Assembly (NCBI GenBank): GCA_051003195.1
Contig: JBPCLP010000021.1
Location: 128,001-192,000 of the forward strand
DNA from: Candidatus Sumerlaeaceae bacterium
GTDB lineage: Bacteria > Sumerlaeota > Sumerlaeia > Sumerlaeales > Sumerlaeaceae
DNA: 64,000 bases
Reading direction: 5' to 3'
In this document: in pieces, positions 49,516 through 58,887 of the stretch
How the letters are laid out: each line of letters opens with the position of its first letter
Numbering within the stretch: position 1 is the stretch's first letter
The notes under the pieces: model-generated
Seen by the model: only the letters and a program-made list of their open reading frames with translations
Told to the model about the DNA's origin: nothing
Databases searched by the model: none
Program-made: the position numbers and the translations under genes

Positions 49516-51675
49516 ATGGGTCTTCAGAAATATTATCGGAAGCGTGACTTTTCCAAGACCGCGGAACCGCGCGGGCATGTTCATTCTGCTCACAAGGGGG
49601 GCGGGCGTTTTGTAATCCAGAAGCACGCGGCAAGCCGCCTGCATTATGACTTTCGTCTCGAAATGGAAGGCGTGCTGCGAAGCTGGGCAGTTCCCAAGGG
49701 CCCCAGCCTCGACACAAAAGACAAGCGGCTCGCCGTGCAGGTTGAGGATCACCCGATCGAGTACGGGACGTTCGAGGGCATCATCCCACAGGGTGAATAT
49801 GGCGGCGGGACTGTGATGCTGTGGGACCATGGCAACTGGATTCCGAAATCCGACAACCCGCTCGCCGACTGGGAAAAAGGCGTTCTTAAGTTCGCGCTCG
49901 AAGGCACGAAACTGCAGGGCAACTGGATGCTGCTGCGCCTTGCTAAGCAGGAGGAGGGAGAGAAGCAGAACTGGCTCCTGGTGAAAGAAAAAGACGAGTT
50001 CGCGCGGCCTGCAACGAAGTACGTAGTGACTGAGGACCTCGACAAAAGCGTGACGACTGGCCGCAGCCTGGAACAGATTGCGGAAGGTGCAAAATCGAAG
50101 AAGCGTGGCGGTACGGGCGGGCTGAATGTATGGAGCTCCAACCGACCGCCCAAAGAGAACAAGTCGCGCACGGCGAAGCATGCTGTGGCGCCTGAAAAGA
50201 AGGACGTCGCTCGCGCTGCCGACATTTCGGATGTCGCCGGTGCACACAAAGCCGTCATGCCCGACTCCATCAAAGGCCCGCAACTGGCCACCTTGGTGAA
50301 AAGCGCACCCGGCGGAGACGAGTGGATCCACGAAATCAAATTCGACGGGTATCGCATCCTTGCATTTCTGAAGAATGGAAAGGCGCGGTTGGTTACGCGG
50401 AACGGCAACGATTGGACTGCGCAGTTCCATACGATTGCGCGAGCCATCGAAAAGCTCAAGATGCGGGAAGCTATTCTGGATGGAGAGGTTGTGCTGCCGG
50501 GCGTAAACGGGGCCACGGACTTCCAGGCGCTCCAGAACGCTATGAGCAGCCGTCGCCACGACGACCTGGTCTTTTACGCTTTTGACCTGCTGCATCTCAA
50601 TGGCTATGACTTAACAAAGGCGACGACGATCGATCGCAAGCGCGTGCTACTGGGTAGCCTTAAAAACTCAAAAGATAAACTGGCCGCCAGACACGTGCGC
50701 TACAGCGAACATTTTGAACAAGACGGGGCCGACGTTCTGAAGAGTGCGTGTAGCCTTAAGCTGGAAGGAATTATTTCGAAGTTGCGCGACGCGCAGTATA
50801 CCTTCGGGCGGAATGAAAACTGGGTTAAGGCGAAGTGCATCCAGCGGCAGGAATTTGTGATCGGCGGTTACACGGACCCGGAAGGCGGCCGCAGCCATTT
50901 TGGTGCACTGCTTGTTGGAATTCCGGCGGATTCCAAAAGTGGCGGCAACAAGCTGCGCTTCGCCGGCAAGGTCGGTACTGGATTCTCAAACAAGAGCCTT
51001 GAAGACCTGTGGAAACGCATGCGTCCGCTGGAGCAGTCGGAGTGCCCATTCACGAATCCACCAACTGCATCGTGGCGAAAGCGCGCGCATTGGGTGAAAC
51101 CGTTCCTGGTCGGCGAGGTGGAGTTCACGGAGTTCACTTCGGATGGCAAGCTTAGACATCCCTCGTTTCAGGGGCTGCGCGAAGATAAGGCAGCTAAAGA
51201 GGTTGTGGCCGAAAAACCAAAATCGATCGTTCGCAGTACCAGGAAACGCGAGCCCGCAAAGCGCAGCACGAAGCGCCAAGTTGCAGGTCCGGCGAAAAAA
51301 GGCAGGGCAGCAGGCACACGGCGCACCCTGAAAGCGGCTGTGCGAACGAGCAGGTTCACCGCACGCGCGGCTACTTCCGGGTCCGCGAGCCGGCGTGTTT
51401 CCGCCGCCACTCGCAGCCGCAGGACTGCAGGCGCGGCGGCGCTTGAAGCTGGTGTAGTCTACCGTTGGTTCGTATTCAGCTATGTGTGCCGAATCGCAGC
51501 CCAGCCTGCGCCACAGCAGGGGCTACTGTTTTGTGTAGCTCAGTCCAAGGCTGATAATTTTTTGCAGCAGGTACGGATACGACACACCGCAATGGGCAGC
51601 AGAATCGGCGAAGTCCTCGCCCTGCGCGATCTGCGGGTTTGGATTGGCCTCGAGCAGGAAGAGGTGCCCGTCTGA
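49516..51675 (+). CDS. ligD: NHEJ DNA ligase D (phosphoesterase + ligase domains, no polymerase domain)
   Basis: QKHAASRLHYDFRLE, WAVPKGP, EIKFDGYR, EGIISK, LRHPSFQGLREDK; basic tail overlapping the convergent gene. Confidence 0.9.
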   Translation: MGLQKYYRKRDFSKTAEPRGHVHSAHKGGGRFVIQKHAASRLHYDFRLEMEGVLRSWAVPKGPSLDTKDKRLAVQVEDHPIEYGTFEGIIPQGEYGGGTVMLWDHGNWIPKSDNPLADWEKGVLKFALEGTKLQGNWMLLRLAKQEEGEKQNWLLVKEKDEFARPATKYVVTEDLDKSVTTGRSLEQIAEGAKSKKRGGTGGLNVWSSNRPPKENKSRTAKHAVAPEKKDVARAADISDVAGAHKAVMPDSIKGPQLATLVKSAPGGDEWIHEIKFDGYRILAFLKNGKARLVTRNGNDWTAQFHTIARAIEKLKMREAILDGEVVLPGVNGATDFQALQNAMSSRRHDDLVFYAFDLLHLNGYDLTKATTIDRKRVLLGSLKNSKDKLAARHVRYSEHFEQDGADVLKSACSLKLEGIISKLRDAQYTFGRNENWVKAKCIQRQEFVIGGYTDPEGGRSHFGALLVGIPADSKSGGNKLRFAGKVGTGFSNKSLEDLWKRMRPLEQSECPFTNPPTASWRKRAHWVKPFLVGEVEFTEFTSDGKLRHPSFQGLREDKAAKEVVAEKPKSIVRSTRKREPAKRSTKRQVAGPAKKGRAAGTRRTLKAAVRTSRFTARAATSGSASRRVSAATRSRRTAGAAALEAGVVYRWFVFSYVCRIAAQPAPQQGLLFCVAQSKADNFLQQVRIRHTAMGSRIGEVLALRDLRVWIGLEQEEVPV
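51449..51496 (-). mobile_element. Right-half remnant of a subtype B element within the ligD 3' extension
   Basis: Minus strand reads CGATTCGGCACACATAGCTGAATACGAACCAACGGTAGACTACA-CCAG. Confidence 0.75.
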
Positions 51676-52608
51676 AGTAAGCCGGTAATCAAGCCGCGCA
51701 TATCCACTGAGATGCAGATGGTGGTAGATGCGTTTGGATAGATGATCGCATCGCTTGGCGAGCTCGGGAGACAGCTCGGCGGGCTTGGTTACCAGGCCCA
51801 TCTTCTTCTGGTACTCCAGGTCCCACTTCAGCTTGTCGGTGGCAATCAGTGGCGCGCCATCGGAGAGGTTCGTCATCTCAAGCTCCCACGGGGTGTAAGC
51901 TCGCAGGGTCTGATTTCCTATGACGCCAACGTAGATCTCACGCCCTTCGATATACTCTTCTGTAATCGCGTCTGAACTGGTCTGGCGATGAATGAACTCC
52001 ACTCGCTCGACGAGGTGCTCGAAGTCTCTGACCAGCGATGCCTGCGAAATGCCAACCGAGCCTTCCGACACGCCCGACTTTACGAACAGCGGATATTTGA
52101 GTCGCGGCGCCTGTACCTTGCGCCCGCGCGGGAAATGAACGAAGCCCGGCATTGGGACATGATGGTAGCTGAGGATTTTCTTCGTGAGTGCTTTGTCATG
52201 GGCGAGCGTGAGGCCACGCGGGTTACAACCGGTGTAAGCCTGTTTCTTTAGCTCGAGGTAGCTGACGACATGCTGGTCATATAACGGGTTGCCGTCGAAA
52301 TCCTCCGCGAGATTAAAAGCGATATGCGGACGGTGCTCTGTCATCGCTCGCGAAATCACGCCGAGGTCGTCGTAAAAACCGACAGGAGTTACTTCGTGAC
52401 CGAGGCCGCGCAGTGTTGATAAAACATCCCATTCAGTTTTGAAAGGCGCGATTGCTTTTGCCGTCAGTCCTTCAATCGACTCCGGCGGCACAAGCGTCTC
52501 ATTCATCAGCACGATAATCCGGAGCTTGCGTCCAGCAGCGGCAATGGAGCCCGCTTCACCCTGATCTGCAGGGGTCGTCTCCACGAGCGGGGTGGCGGAT
52601 TCACTCAT
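51523..52608 (-). CDS. ATP-grasp ligase (D-Ala-D-Ala ligase-like)
   Basis: YTGC...DKALTK, PLFVK, GSVGIS, EEYIEGRE, ARLDYR, LEANPNP. Confidence 0.88.
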   Translation of the reverse strand: MSESATPLVETTPADQGEAGSIAAAGRKLRIIVLMNETLVPPESIEGLTAKAIAPFKTEWDVLSTLRGLGHEVTPVGFYDDLGVISRAMTEHRPHIAFNLAEDFDGNPLYDQHVVSYLELKKQAYTGCNPRGLTLAHDKALTKKILSYHHVPMPGFVHFPRGRKVQAPRLKYPLFVKSGVSEGSVGISQASLVRDFEHLVERVEFIHRQTSSDAITEEYIEGREIYVGVIGNQTLRAYTPWELEMTNLSDGAPLIATDKLKWDLEYQKKMGLVTKPAELSPELAKRCDHLSKRIYHHLHLSGYARLDYRLTSDGHLFLLEANPNPQIAQGEDFADSAAHCGVSYPYLLQKIISLGLSYTKQ

Positions 52609-53651
52609 AGCGGAATACGCGCATGGCCGTGCTGCGCAACGTGCAGCACTTGTGTAGTCAGCAACGAGGCGAACTCGTGGCGCGTCTGTTGTTCGTCGTG
52701 AACCAGCACAAGAGCCAATTGTCGAGCACGGTCGATCATTCTTTTCAACAACTGGTCTGCAGTGTAATGATGAACACCAGTCGTCTGCGAAACGGCGTTA
52801 CAGATAGCCCGGCGGAAGCGCGAAAGAAACGCAGCCGCGCGAATGCGCGGCGGCTTGCCATCCAGTTTTTCCACGCAGAAAATGCGCAGCAGATCCGCGT
52901 CGTAATGCGTAGGCAGGCCAACTTCGTAAAACTCGCGCTTGCGGCGGTAGTGTTCGCGCAATGTGGTACGGCAGGCCGAGAGTGGCAAAACGCGCCGGCG
53001 ACTTTGATTCGGAGCCTCCTGCCGTCGGATCGCCTCTCCGATATCGTCTATGGCTTGCAGTTTGGTGAGGGCCGGCCAGCCGTCGTAAATCTGGCGCCAT
53101 TTCTTCTTCGGGTCGGCAAGCCACACGGCAAACGTCTCAGCGAAATCTTCCGCGGGATGTGCCTGTGCATACCAGGCGTTCAGGTGCACAACGTAGTCAC
53201 GGCTCGCAGGCGCAGGATTGTAATGCTCGGGGTATTCCGCCGCGAATTCGCCGAATGTATTGCGCCAATCATCACGCTTATGCAGCATAAACGCGTTGTC
53301 CAGTGCGTGGCCCGCTTCATGACGCATGATCTTCATGCATTCCGCGTGTGCGGCGCCTTCACATTCCAGCATCTGGGTGCGCTCGAGACGCGACAGGCGC
53401 GGGTGACCAAGGTAGAACGGGATCGCAAATCCTGGTACGCCGTCGGGCGAGAACCATTCTTCGGATAGCCATGCATGGGGACGGAAGCTGATGCCTGCAC
53501 GCCAGAGCTCGCGGTGAAGTTGATCCAGCCGGGGCTGTAGCTGCGTGTGCTTCAGTGTGAGTTCCAGGTCGCAAAGGCGCATGTCGAGGAGGTCCTCGTC
53601 TGGCAGCTCCTTCCACTGCCACAAAGGCAGTGGGTTTTTGCAGCGGTCCAT
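52605..53651 (-). CDS. Putative zinc metallopeptidase (zincin-like)
   Basis: HEAGH (HExxH), YAQAHPAEDFAETFA; 4-bp overlap with the ATP-grasp gene. Confidence 0.85.
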   Translation of the reverse strand: MDRCKNPLPLWQWKELPDEDLLDMRLCDLELTLKHTQLQPRLDQLHRELWRAGISFRPHAWLSEEWFSPDGVPGFAIPFYLGHPRLSRLERTQMLECEGAAHAECMKIMRHEAGHALDNAFMLHKRDDWRNTFGEFAAEYPEHYNPAPASRDYVVHLNAWYAQAHPAEDFAETFAVWLADPKKKWRQIYDGWPALTKLQAIDDIGEAIRRQEAPNQSRRRVLPLSACRTTLREHYRRKREFYEVGLPTHYDADLLRIFCVEKLDGKPPRIRAAAFLSRFRRAICNAVSQTTGVHHYTADQLLKRMIDRARQLALVLVHDEQQTRHEFASLLTTQVLHVAQHGHARIPL

Positions 53652-53717
53652 GAGCCCAGTTGCTGAGTACGCTTTAATTAAAACAAGCTAAAGAATCGAA
53701 TCTTAGAGCGGCCCCTG

Positions 53718-54653
53718 TTACTCGGGCGGCTGGCGCATCTGTGGCAGGAAGTTTTCGCGTAATAAATCGTAGCCCACCAGTTCGATCTGCATTTCATGAA
53801 TGACCTGCTTGAGCCGCGGATCGCAAAGCATTTCCATTTCTGCGTGCCGGTGTTCGGCCATGTTCTTCGGGCCGCTGACGTTCATGTCGCGCAAGACCTC
53901 GACCTCAGGTGTTTTCACAAGTGTGTGACACACGACCAGGTATACGCCGGGTTTTGTAATGCTGCGCATCTGTGCGATCAATGCGTCGGCTTTTTTCGTG
54001 GGCTCCACGCTGTAGACAACTGGTCCCTGCGTTTCTCCAAGCCAGCGGGAAATTCCAAGCCCCTTTTCTCTGGCTACCTTCTCGAATCGTTCACGCATTT
54101 CAGGAGTCGTGACCGCAGCGCCCATGTGATGGTCCATGTAAGAAAGCTTCAGGCCTTTGCGCAACGCCAGCTCAACCTGCGCCCGAATCTCAGATTCCAC
54201 CTCATTTGAGTTCGGCTGGTGCGCGACCAGGTCTTTGCGCGTCCCAAAAAAGTGGCCCCATTCGTCTACGAGCGACGGGACTTCTTTAGCCGGCAGCACG
54301 GGACCCCATTTATACGGCAGCCATTCGGAATTAAGGCACACATGCACGCCAACGCTGACGTTTGGATACCGCTTAAGTATTTCTACCGTCTCGTCGAGCC
54401 AGCCAGTATTAACAATCACACTTACAGCCGTCACCACACCGCATTGCAGAATGCGTTCAAGTGCCATGTTGCTGGCGTGGCAAAAGCCGGCATCGTCTGA
54501 CCGAAAGACAAATCGGATTTTATCGTCCCCGAAGAGGTTAACTGGAGCCGTTGTCGTTTCCAAAGAGGACGAAACTGTGGCACTCGTTTGCGCCTGCGCT
54601 ACGCTATACAGGCAAAACCAACTCAATCCGGCAACTACCGCGAGTGCCCTCAT
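53718..54653 (-). CDS. ChbG/HpnK/YdjC-family deacetylase, exported
   Basis: Signal peptide, RSDDAG, GVHVCL..EW, MDHHMG, VCH. Confidence 0.88.
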   Translation of the reverse strand: MRALAVVAGLSWFCLYSVAQAQTSATVSSSLETTTAPVNLFGDDKIRFVFRSDDAGFCHASNMALERILQCGVVTAVSVIVNTGWLDETVEILKRYPNVSVGVHVCLNSEWLPYKWGPVLPAKEVPSLVDEWGHFFGTRKDLVAHQPNSNEVESEIRAQVELALRKGLKLSYMDHHMGAAVTTPEMRERFEKVAREKGLGISRWLGETQGPVVYSVEPTKKADALIAQMRSITKPGVYLVVCHTLVKTPEVEVLRDMNVSGPKNMAEHRHAEMEMLCDPRLKQVIHEMQIELVGYDLLRENFLPQMRQPPE

Positions 54654-54829
54654 GCGATCTCCTTATTTAGGAGAATGGCGAACGGCTGGAGAAACTTCGT
54701 CAAGATTTCAGGAAGGTTGTGCTTGCCAAAGTGCCTGAGTCGCTATATGACTAGAGCTTGCCGTTAGATAAAAGGCTGCATGCGGACGAAATTTCAAGCG
54801 CCAAGTGCAGTGTGATGATCTGAGACTAC

Positions 54830-55237
54830 ATGACTTGCCGTATCCTTATAGTCGATAGTGACGAGAACAGCCGAACCATTTTAACACGGCGCCTGACCCG
54901 GCGCGGTTTTGAAGTCCTTACTGTTGAGGATGGTTCGATGGCTATCGCGGAGGTAACCAGCCAGCGCCCCGATGTTATTTTAATGGATCTTAGCGTCGTG
55001 ACCATGGATTGCTGGCAAACGGCGCGCGAGCTAAAACGGAAACCGGAAACTGCACATGTGCCAATCGTAGCAATTTCGGTGTTGGACCTGACATGGGACC
55101 AGGAGGCGGCGTTGCAGGCGGGATGTGACGTATATTTGCCGAAGCCGATCAACATGGATACTCTAGGCGATATCCTGGTACGCGTGAGTAAATCCAAGTG
55201 CGTGTCCGCTCAACCCCAGAGTGTGCCAAATTCCTAG
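54830..55237 (+). CDS. Single-domain response regulator (DivK/CheY-like)
   Basis: PDVILMD, PIVAIS, AGCD.YLPKP; its last codons and stop come from a repeat element. Confidence 0.88.
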   Translation: MTCRILIVDSDENSRTILTRRLTRRGFEVLTVEDGSMAIAEVTSQRPDVILMDLSVVTMDCWQTARELKRKPETAHVPIVAISVLDLTWDQEAALQAGCDVYLPKPINMDTLGDILVRVSKSKCVSAQPQSVPNS

Positions 55238-55317
55238 TTCCTTACCAGACGAAGGGCCAGACGTAACCTCAATTCGGCACACAGAACAGATTACGTACTA
55301 ACGGTAGAACACACCAG
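55218..55317 (+). mobile_element. MITE-like element, subtype B-ii (B6)
   Basis: TGTGCCAAATTCCTAGTTCCTTACCAG...ATTCGGCACACAGAAC...ACGGTAGAACACA-CCAG. Confidence 0.8.
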
Positions 55318-55329
55318 TACACAGCGTGC

Positions 55330-55692
55330 TTGCTTTCGTGTCTCGTGGATTCGCAATGCCACGATGTGAAACTGGAGGATATCTTGAATCAGGCCGTACA
55401 AGCAGACGTCGTACTTAAAATTGTAAAGGACGTACTCAGCAGGACTTCTGAGTTTGCACTTTCGGGAGACCCCATTCCTGGTAAGCATGGGCTGCGTGTG
55501 ACGTTACTGAAAACGGCAACTCTGAACCCTGACCTGGATACAAGCGCCAGCGTGGACCGCCTGCGGCTCATTCTCGGAAATGAACTTATGAAATCGCAGT
55601 ATCGCATCACAGCATGGACGCAGTCGAAATTCGAGCTTGTTGTGGATGTGGATCGCTCGCAAACCGATAGCTCCGAAAGCGCTAATCATTAA
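55330..55692 (+). CDS. Hypothetical protein
   Basis: 120-aa ORF filling the gap in a plus-strand gene run; no motif recognised. Confidence 0.4.
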   Translation: MLSCLVDSQCHDVKLEDILNQAVQADVVLKIVKDVLSRTSEFALSGDPIPGKHGLRVTLLKTATLNPDLDTSASVDRLRLILGNELMKSQYRITAWTQSKFELVVDVDRSQTDSSESANH

Positions 55693-55749
55693 CCAACAGG
55701 TGGGGACGCGTATGCTGCTTAGTCACGCAAGTTAGGCGCCGAGATTTCC

Positions 55750-56325
55750 ATGATTGTTATTCCTCCTGGTATCCGCGGCCTCGTGTTTGATTGCGATGGA
55801 ACGGTCGCGGATACAATGCCGCTGCATTACAACGCCTGGACCATAGCTTTGAGCCAACATAGCTGTGACTTTCCCGAGGCGCTGTTTTACGAGATGGCCG
55901 GCATACCCACTGTGAAGATCATCGAGCTGCTGAACGAGCGGCATCAGTATGACATGCCGGTGCAGCAGACTGCAGACGAGAAGGAGAAGATCTTCATGAG
56001 TCTGCTGCCGCTTGTGACAGCGATAGAGCCAGTGGCCGAGGTTGTGCGCCAGCACGCGGACGCGCTGCCGATGGCGGTGGCGACGGGCGGCACCCGCGCC
56101 ATTTGTTCGAAGACGCTGGAGAGTCTCGGGCTGCTTCATTATTTTCGAGCGATCGTCACGGCCGACGATGTGGAGCATGGCAAGCCTGCGCCGGACATCT
56201 TCCTGGAAGCTGCGCGTAGAATTCAGGTGGAGCCTCGGCTCTGTCTTGCATTTGAGGATGCCGAGCTGGGATTGCAGGCGGCGCGCGCAGCCGGAATGCA
56301 GGTACTGGACATCCGCATGTTATGA
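55750..56325 (+). CDS. HAD-family phosphatase (YqaB/beta-PGM-like)
   Basis: FDCDGT, VATGG, GKPAPDIF, FEDAE.G. Confidence 0.92.
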   Translation: MIVIPPGIRGLVFDCDGTVADTMPLHYNAWTIALSQHSCDFPEALFYEMAGIPTVKIIELLNERHQYDMPVQQTADEKEKIFMSLLPLVTAIEPVAEVVRQHADALPMAVATGGTRAICSKTLESLGLLHYFRAIVTADDVEHGKPAPDIFLEAARRIQVEPRLCLAFEDAELGLQAARAAGMQVLDIRML

Positions 56326-56971
56326 AGCGGCTACCGCGACCACCCACAGTTTTCATATTGTCGCCTGCGCATCTGGGAGGAAAGCGGGCGCAGTTGTTAT
56401 GGCGCGAAGGCGCAAATTTCGATCTGGCCGCCCGGTTGCAGCGTGGCATTCCGGTGCCGCTCGGCGAAGTTTACGAATTCGTAAGTGGACTTTATTTTCG
56501 CGGCAAGATGGCGTACGCTCGCGCCTTTTCAACTAACTGCGGAGGGCGATCCGCCGTGTTTACCATTACCCCGGATCGAGGGCTCGTTCACGTCGACGAT
56601 CTTGTCACAATGGCGGACGTGAAACAGATGGTGAAGTAGATATTAACGCGACTGATGCCCGTTATCATGAGCCATTGCGCAGAGACGTGACGGCGTTGAG
56701 ACAAACGCTGCGCAACAACGGACGCATCGTTCTGCTTGGCAGTATCGCGACTGCGAAGTATGTGGATATTCTGTTGGAAATAGCCCACGACCGGGTGCTT
56801 TTCCCGTCGGATTTTGTCGGCAGGGGCGACCTGAGCCGCGGAGGACTATGTCTGCGGGCGGCCGCCGATGGCATGGAACTGAGTTACTCGCCCGTGTTAG
56901 GTGCCACTCGAACCGGCAAACGACCGCCAATCCTGGAGCCGCGGCCTAAGATTCGACAGGCAGTTAAATAG
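56322..56971 (+). pseudogene. Hypothetical gene split by a 1-nt frameshift near 56631
   Basis: The two ORFs join as ...KQM-x-EVDINATDARYHEPLRRD...; ATGA overlap with the HAD gene. Confidence 0.6.
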
Positions 56972-56988
56972 CGCCGTTCCGGGTTTCC

Positions 56989-58887
56989 TTACTCGGAGGA
57001 CTTTTTCTTCTTCGCCGAAGACTTCTGCGACTCGCCTTCTTTCGCTGCAACTTCCTTTGTATTTTGCTCCTTTTTCACTGGAGGCAGCGACTTCCATGTT
57101 TCGTAGGCTAGCTTCTGGTATTTTGAATCCGGGAAGCGAACGGCGAAAGTCTCGAGCAGCCGGTGCGCGGAGTTGGAGTCGCCCAGGTCAGCCGCCAGGG
57201 TGGCGCGAATCAGCGTGTAATAGTCTTTATGGTCCGAATCAGGAAACAGGGCTTCAAACTCTTTGATCTTGTTCAATGCCTTCCTGCGAAGGGCATCGTC
57301 GTCCTGGTCCACCATCAGTGAAACCATCTTTATAAAAGCCATGTCGGTTTTGCCAAACCGGTTCTGCGGATCCTTTTCAAAGACTTGCGCATACATTGCA
57401 CGCGCTTCCCGTTTGTGGCCAGCGATGAGCTTCGAGTCTGCGTCTTTGATCCAGCGATCGACATCCTCTTGCGTTATCTCTGCTGCTTTTGTCTCCTCAC
57501 CGGACTCACTTTTATCGGCAGAGTCAGTGCCGGGGGCGGACGATTCGCCTTTTGGTTCTGAGGAAGCAGGCGGAGCGTCGCCTGAGTCCGTTTTAGGCGA
57601 AGCCGTTCGTGTGCTTGAAACGCGCGACGTCTTGGCAGCAGGTTCAGTCTTCGTTTCTTCACTGGCTGCAGTCGATTTCTCCGACGTTGTTGCTTTGCTG
57701 GTATCGGCAGGCGCACTCGCGGTTGTGCCAGCTTTCGCAGACTTGCCGGTTTTCTGAAGCTTGCGGATGGTAGACATCGCATCTGCTTCGTCAGCCGGTG
57801 CCTCCGTAGTTGCGGTACCGCTGTCGGCAGGCTTTGCCTTGGTTTCTTTCTTTACGGCGTTCGAGCCATTCTCCGTTTTTGCGGATTCCGCGGCGGCAGG
57901 TTGACTACCGCGACTGCCTGTTTTCAGAAGCGGCTTCGGCAGCTCTTCATCCGCGGCTGGATCCTCGGTTACGGAAGAAGCAGGAGTTTTGCGAGGTTCC
58001 GCCTGGCTGATAAGCAGTTCGTCATCGCTGTGCCGCAGAGCACCGCCGCCTCCGGGCGACACGCTGCGAGACGCGTTTAGCAACGGCACGATTTCATTAC
58101 CCAGGGGTGGTGACGAGGCTTTCCCCGTTGCCTGCGCAGTGGTGCGCGGCTTCGAACCCGTGGCTGCCCTGAACTTGGCTTCTGCCTGTGAGAGGGGTAA
58201 CGCTTCGCTTTTTGTCGCGGCAAATGCCGGTTTCTTGCTCCGTGTGTTCGGCTCAGCATCCGGAGGCAGGCTGGTGGAAAGCTTCGCGTCCGCTGCTTTG
58301 CTGACTCGCGACTCGGCCGACTTACTGACAGGCGCGGAAAATCTGGATTCAAGCACCGGTTTTGAAATCTCGCTGTTCTTTGGCGCCGTTCGGTTGATGT
58401 TTAGAGTCGTGTCCTGCATCGCCGCTGTCGGCACTACGCTGGCAGTTTGCATCGGTGAGGGCGCGGGCGCCAGCAACTGCCTCTGGTTATCGAGCGTTCC
58501 TGCCAGTTGCGGCGCGCGAACAAAACCCACCGTCTTGTCGACTAACTTGCCGGTGCAATCCAAAGTGAGCAACGTAGGGTATGCGTCTACCTGGTAGCGC
58601 TGCACGATATCTGCGCGCTGATCGCCATCGATCCGAACTTTGATGTAGTTGTCCAGCCGGGCTGCAATATTAGGATCGGAAAGCGTCTCGCGGTCCAGCT
58701 GTTTGCAGTTGTGGCACCACGTGGTAGAGAAGTCCGCGAAGATCGGTTTCCCTTCGCGCTTTGCTGCGGCCAGTGCTTCCTCGTAGTTAAGAAACCAATC
58801 CTGACTTGCGAGCAAGGGAACAGTCAGGGAACTCGAAAGCGAAAGAATGAGAAGTCTGGTCGCGAGCCGACGCACGCTTGTTTTCAT
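56989..58887 (-). CDS. Exported thioredoxin-domain protein with long low-complexity linker and TPR-like C-terminus
   Basis: Signal peptide, WCHNC, AYPT cis-Pro loop, ~330-aa S/T/A/K/E/P-rich linker, helical tail (FPDS repeats). Confidence 0.85.
   Translation of the reverse strand: MKTSVRRLATRLLILSLSSSLTVPLLASQDWFLNYEEALAAAKREGKPIFADFSTTWCHNCKQLDRETLSDPNIAARLDNYIKVRIDGDQRADIVQRYQVDAYPTLLTLDCTGKLVDKTVGFVRAPQLAGTLDNQRQLLAPAPSPMQTASVVPTAAMQDTTLNINRTAPKNSEISKPVLESRFSAPVSKSAESRVSKAADAKLSTSLPPDAEPNTRSKKPAFAATKSEALPLSQAEAKFRAATGSKPRTTAQATGKASSPPLGNEIVPLLNASRSVSPGGGGALRHSDDELLISQAEPRKTPASSVTEDPAADEELPKPLLKTGSRGSQPAAAESAKTENGSNAVKKETKAKPADSGTATTEAPADEADAMSTIRKLQKTGKSAKAGTTASAPADTSKATTSEKSTAASEETKTEPAAKTSRVSSTRTASPKTDSGDAPPASSEPKGESSAPGTDSADKSESGEETKAAEITQEDVDRWIKDADSKLIAGHKREARAMYAQVFEKDPQNRFGKTDMAFIKMVSLMVDQDDDALRRKALNKIKEFEALFPDSDHKDYYTLIRATLAADLGDSNSAHRLLETFAVRFPDSKYQKLAYETWKSLPPVKKEQNTKEVAAKEGESQKSSAKKKKSSE

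Noticed and set aside
56637..56639. Pyrrolysine or stop-codon read-through at TAG
   Set aside because: The continuation is in a different frame, so it is a frameshift and not read-through.
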